Assembly: GCA_963662315.1 (NCBI GenBank)
Contig: OY759353.1
Location: forward strand, 224,001-288,000
Source of the DNA: Geopsychrobacteraceae bacterium
GTDB lineage: Bacteria; Desulfobacterota; Desulfuromonadia; Desulfuromonadales; Geopsychrobacteraceae
Direction: 5' to 3'
DNA: 64,000 nucleotides
Shown piece after piece: positions 60,634 to 64,000 of the stretch. Each line of letters starts with the position of its first letter. Within the stretch, counting starts at the first letter, position 1. Under the pieces are notes generated by a model, which saw only the letters and a program-made list of their open reading frames with translations, searched no databases and had not been told where the DNA came from. The translations under genes and the position numbers were made by a program.

Positions 60634-63001
60634 AAACCCATCATCCATCAATAATGCGGTTCTGGCCATCAGGCGGGTTTGAGCCGTCAGGCCGGTCAGT
60701 CAATTGCTGGTTGCCTCTTGACGAACAACGACGCCCGAACACGGACATATGAAAAGGGCTTTTTGTGCTTACTATTTTTAGCCTGATTGTGAAAAATAGT
60801 AAGGCGCAGTGCGTGGGCGCGACCCCGTGACTTTGCTTGTCTCATTCCATCAATAAAGTCTTAAAACCACCGGGTCCCGGCCCGGCAGCCGGGTTCATTT
60901 TTCCCAGCGATGGAAAAACGAACCAAAAAGATCTTGCAAGGTCAAGGTAACTGACGATAGTCGTGTGGGACTACGTTTCAACGTTGCGAGGTGGAATGAA
61001 CCGGAAGCCCACGCTGCTGTCGCAGCTAACGGGCAAAAGGCGCTAGTTGATTGGCGGACTGCTGTGGGTCTATCGATTTTCGCTCCTAAACCCATCATCA
61101 ATAAATAATACGGTTCTGGCCATCAGGCGGGGGTGAGCCGTCAGGCCGGTCAGTCAATTTCTGGCTGTTTCTTGAAAAACAACGACGCCCGAACACGGAC
61201 ATATTAAAGAGGGCTTTTTGTGCTTACTATTTTTAGCCTGATTGTGAAAAATAGTAAGGCGCAGTGCGGGGGCGCAACACCGCGACTTTGCTTGTTTCTT
61301 TCAAATCATAAAAGACAAAGTCGCCGGGTCCCGGCCCGGCAGCCGGGTTCATTTTTCCCAGCGATGGAAAAACGAACCAAAAAGATCTTGTAAGGTCAAG
61401 GTAACTGACGATAGCTGTGTTGGGCTACGTTTGAACGTTGCAGGATGCAACTAACTGGCAGCCCACGCTGCTTCGCAGCTAACGGGCAAAAGGCGTTAGC
61501 TGATTGGCGGACTGCTGTGGGTCTATCGATTTTCGCTCCTAAACCCATCATCTATCAATAATGCGGTTCTGGCCATCAGGCGGGTTTGAGCCGTCAGGCC
61601 GGCTGGTCAATTTCTGGTTGCTTCTTGACGCACAACGACGCCCGAACACGGACATATTAAAGAGGGCTTTTTGTGCTTACTATTTTTAGCTTGATTGTGA
61701 AAAATAGTAAGGCGCAGTGCGGGGGCGCAACACCGCGACTTTGCATGTTTCTTTCAAATCATAAAAGACAAAGTCGCCGGGTCCCGGCCCGGCAGCCGGG
61801 TTCATTTTTCCCAGCGATGGAAAAACGAACCAAAAAGATCTTGTAAGGTCAAGTACACTGACGATAGCTGTGTTGGACTACGTTTGAACGTTGCAGAATG
61901 TACAATTAAGCGGCAGCCCACGCTGCTGTCGCAGCTAATGGGCAAGGGCGTTAGCTGGAAGACGAAGCATAGAGTTTCTATCGGTTTTCGCTCCTAAACC
62001 CATCATCAATAAATAATACGGTTCTGGCCATCAGGCGTGATCTGAGCCGTCAGGCCGGCTGTTCAATTTCTGGCTGTTTCTTGAAAAACAACGACGCCCG
62101 AACACGGACATATTAAAGAGGGCTTTTTGTGCTTACTATTTTTAGCTTGATTGTGAAAAATAGTAAGGCGCAGTACGGGGGCGCGACCCCGTGACTTTGC
62201 TTGTCTCATTCCATCAATAAAGTTTTAAGACCGCCGGGTCCCGGCCCGGCAGCCGGGTTCATTTTTCCCAGCGATGGAAAAACGAACCAAAAAGATCTTG
62301 TAAGGTCAAGGTAACTGACGATAGCTGTGTTGGACTACGTTTGAACATTGCAGGATGCAATTAAGCGGCAGCCCACGCTGCTGTCGCAGCTAACGGGCAA
62401 AAGGCGCTAGTTGATTGGCGGACTGCTGTGGGTCTATCGATTTTCGCTCCTAAACCCATCATCAATAAATAATACGGTTCTGGCCATCAGGCGTGATCTG
62501 AGCCGTCAGGCCGGCTGGTCAATTTCTGGTTGCTTCTTGACGCACAACGACGCCCGAACACGGACATATTAAAGAGGGCTTTTTGTGCTTACTATTTTTA
62601 GCTTGATTGTGAAAAATAGTAAGGCGCAGTGCGGGGGCGCGACCCCGTGACTTTGTTTGTCTCATTCCATCAATAAAGTCTTAAGACCGCCGGGTCCCGG
62701 CCCGGCAGCCGGGTTCATTTTTCCCAGCGATGGAAAAACGAACCAAAAAGATCTTTGAAGGTCAAGGTAACTGACGATAACAGTGAAGGGCTACGTTTGA
62801 ACGTTGCGAGGTGGAATGAACCGGCAGCCCACGCTGCTTCGCAGCTAACGGGCAAGGACGTTAGTTGGAAGACGAAGTATAGAGTTTCTATCGATTTTCG
62901 CTCCTAAACCCACCATCAATAAATAATACGGTCCTGGCCATCAGGCGGGTTTGAGCCGTCAGGCCGGCCATTCAATTGCTGGTTGCCTCTTAAATCACAA
63001 C
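60634..63001 (+). repeat. Tandem array of the structured element, ~455-bp period, about 5.2 units
   Basis: The CCGGGTCCCGGCCCGGC anchor recurs at 60870, 61324, 61777, 62234 and 62690 (periods 454, 453, 457, 456). No conserved long ORF. Confidence 0.97.
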
Positions 63002-63119
63002 AAAACCTAAGCGTGACCGCTTCCGGCAGGAAAAATTAAATGCTGAAAATATTGATAAACAAAGGTACTTTAATTGAGTATTCAATAATCAGCTGTGAAA
63101 ACCAAAAAGGAGTAGCATA

Positions 63120-63803
63120 TTGGCTCTGGACACACACAAGTATTATGCTGCAATTACCGGAGATGTGATCAACTCTTCTGCATTTAATGATAGCAATCGC
63201 GATCTGCTGCATGATTCCATCCAGAAAGTAGGTGCAGAGGTTTACAAGTTTTTCCCAGGGTTTCAGGTCGGGGATCTCTCTATCTTTCGGGGGGACAGTA
63301 TTCAATTTTTGCTTTCTGACCCAGTTGTCTCATTGCGTGTCGCACTGTTTTTCCGTGCCGCCTTTAAAGCGATCCTTCCGAAGCAGAAGGTTGATATGCG
63401 ATTGTCCATCGGGATAGGCACTGTCAGTTTTCTTCCCTCAACTGATCAAGGAGGTGCCGATGGGGAAGCGTACAGATTGTCAGGCGCCTCTTTGGATAAG
63501 CTTTCTGCAAAAGAGACCATGGCCATAAATGTTTCCAGTGAATGGGGAACAGATCTGCAGCGCAGGGCATTTCAGACAATCGCTGTTCTGCTTGGTTTTC
63601 AGGCCGGTGGCTGGACCAGTAAACAGGCGCTGGCAGTTAAATGGGGGATTTTGAATAAAACCCAAGAAGAAATCAGCCGACTCTGGCCTGAAACAGTGTC
63701 CAGGCAGGCCATTGCCAAAAACCTGGATGCGGCCGGCTTCTTTGCCGTTGAGCAGGGTTTGAGGTTTTTTGAGGAGAATAAATTTAACACTTGGCAACCT
63801 TGA
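63120..63803 (+). CDS. SatD-family protein
   Basis: YAAITGDVINSS, FRGDSIQ, RLSIGIG, DGEAYRLSG and a C-terminal HTH-like TQEEIS...VSRQAIAKNL; TTG start after AAGGAG. Confidence 0.78.
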   Translation: MALDTHKYYAAITGDVINSSAFNDSNRDLLHDSIQKVGAEVYKFFPGFQVGDLSIFRGDSIQFLLSDPVVSLRVALFFRAAFKAILPKQKVDMRLSIGIGTVSFLPSTDQGGADGEAYRLSGASLDKLSAKETMAINVSSEWGTDLQRRAFQTIAVLLGFQAGGWTSKQALAVKWGILNKTQEEISRLWPETVSRQAIAKNLDAAGFFAVEQGLRFFEENKFNTWQP

Positions 63804-63881
63804 AAGGTTGCTATTGATGAATGCAACCGCTTGGGGTTGCGTTATTGCTGTGCCGTTGAGGTCAGGCAATGAGGGGGGGAT

Positions 63882-64000
63882 GTGCAATTTCTAAATATAG
63901 CAATAGCTTTGGTTGCGGGGCACTTGCTCGGTGATTTTTGCTTGCAAAGCAATCTCATGGTTGCCAATAAAAAACATGTTGGCGTGCTTTTTATCCATGC
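63882..64000 (+). CDS. DUF3307-like membrane protein (5' part, truncated by the window end)
   Basis: GTG 63882 after GAGGGGG gives MQFLNIAIALVAGHLLGDFCLQSNLMVANKKHVGVLFIH; AxHLLGDFxLQ is the family's N-terminal motif. Confidence 0.75.
   Translation, partial: MQFLNIAIALVAGHLLGDFCLQSNLMVANKKHVGVLFIH

Noticed and set aside
60895..61101. 68-aa minus-strand ORF in the array
   Set aside because: Reported in only one of five units; not conserved as a reading frame.
61476..61502. Integron attC site (CTAAC...GTTAG)
   Set aside because: Too short, does not fit RYYYAAC/GTTRRRY, there are no cassette ORFs between units, and there is no integrase.
60634..63001. CRISPR array
   Set aside because: The period is ~455 bp and mostly conserved, variable segments recur rather than being unique spacers, and no cas gene is in the window.
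1..64000. tRNA, rRNA, transposase, integrase, reverse transcriptase or phage genes
   Set aside because: None recognised in the ORF track or by reading. Any enzyme acting on the repeat would have to be encoded outside the window or be unrecognised.

Overview
A 64 kb chromosomal window, probably from an anaerobic Desulfuromonadales-like deltaproteobacterium (inferred from gene content only). From left to right it holds: an APC permease/AraC pair, a PEP synthase regulatory protein and a binding protein plus hybrid kinase; a ~17 kb catabolic cluster (7.4-24.8 kb: two cyclase-family hydrolases, porin, MFS, Fe-ADH, ALDH, two thiolases, LysR, CoA transferase, cupin, 3-hydroxyacyl-CoA dehydrogenase, BKACE, SDR, hemB) whose four promoter regions share one 40-bp operator-like motif; rhlE/csp with a missed 45-aa gene; GNAT/M20; carboxynorspermidine genes; metF; a CdaA-YbbR fusion; a beta-helix lipoprotein; a TRAP/UxaA operon; a MacAB-like exporter; three GGDEF proteins; and a SatD/DUF3307-like pair at the right edge. 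The strongest unexplained signal is a non-coding, hairpin-dense ~414-bp element with a ~40-50 bp linker. It occurs as ten whole or partial copies, all in the same orientation, between 50.1 and 63.0 kb, including a head-to-tail array with a ~455-bp period (60.6-63.0 kb). Its stems show compensatory and G-U changes between copies, its ends mirror each other structurally, and its variable segments are shuffled between copies. No transposase, integrase or cas gene is visible in the window. Family names come from motif recognition, not database searches.
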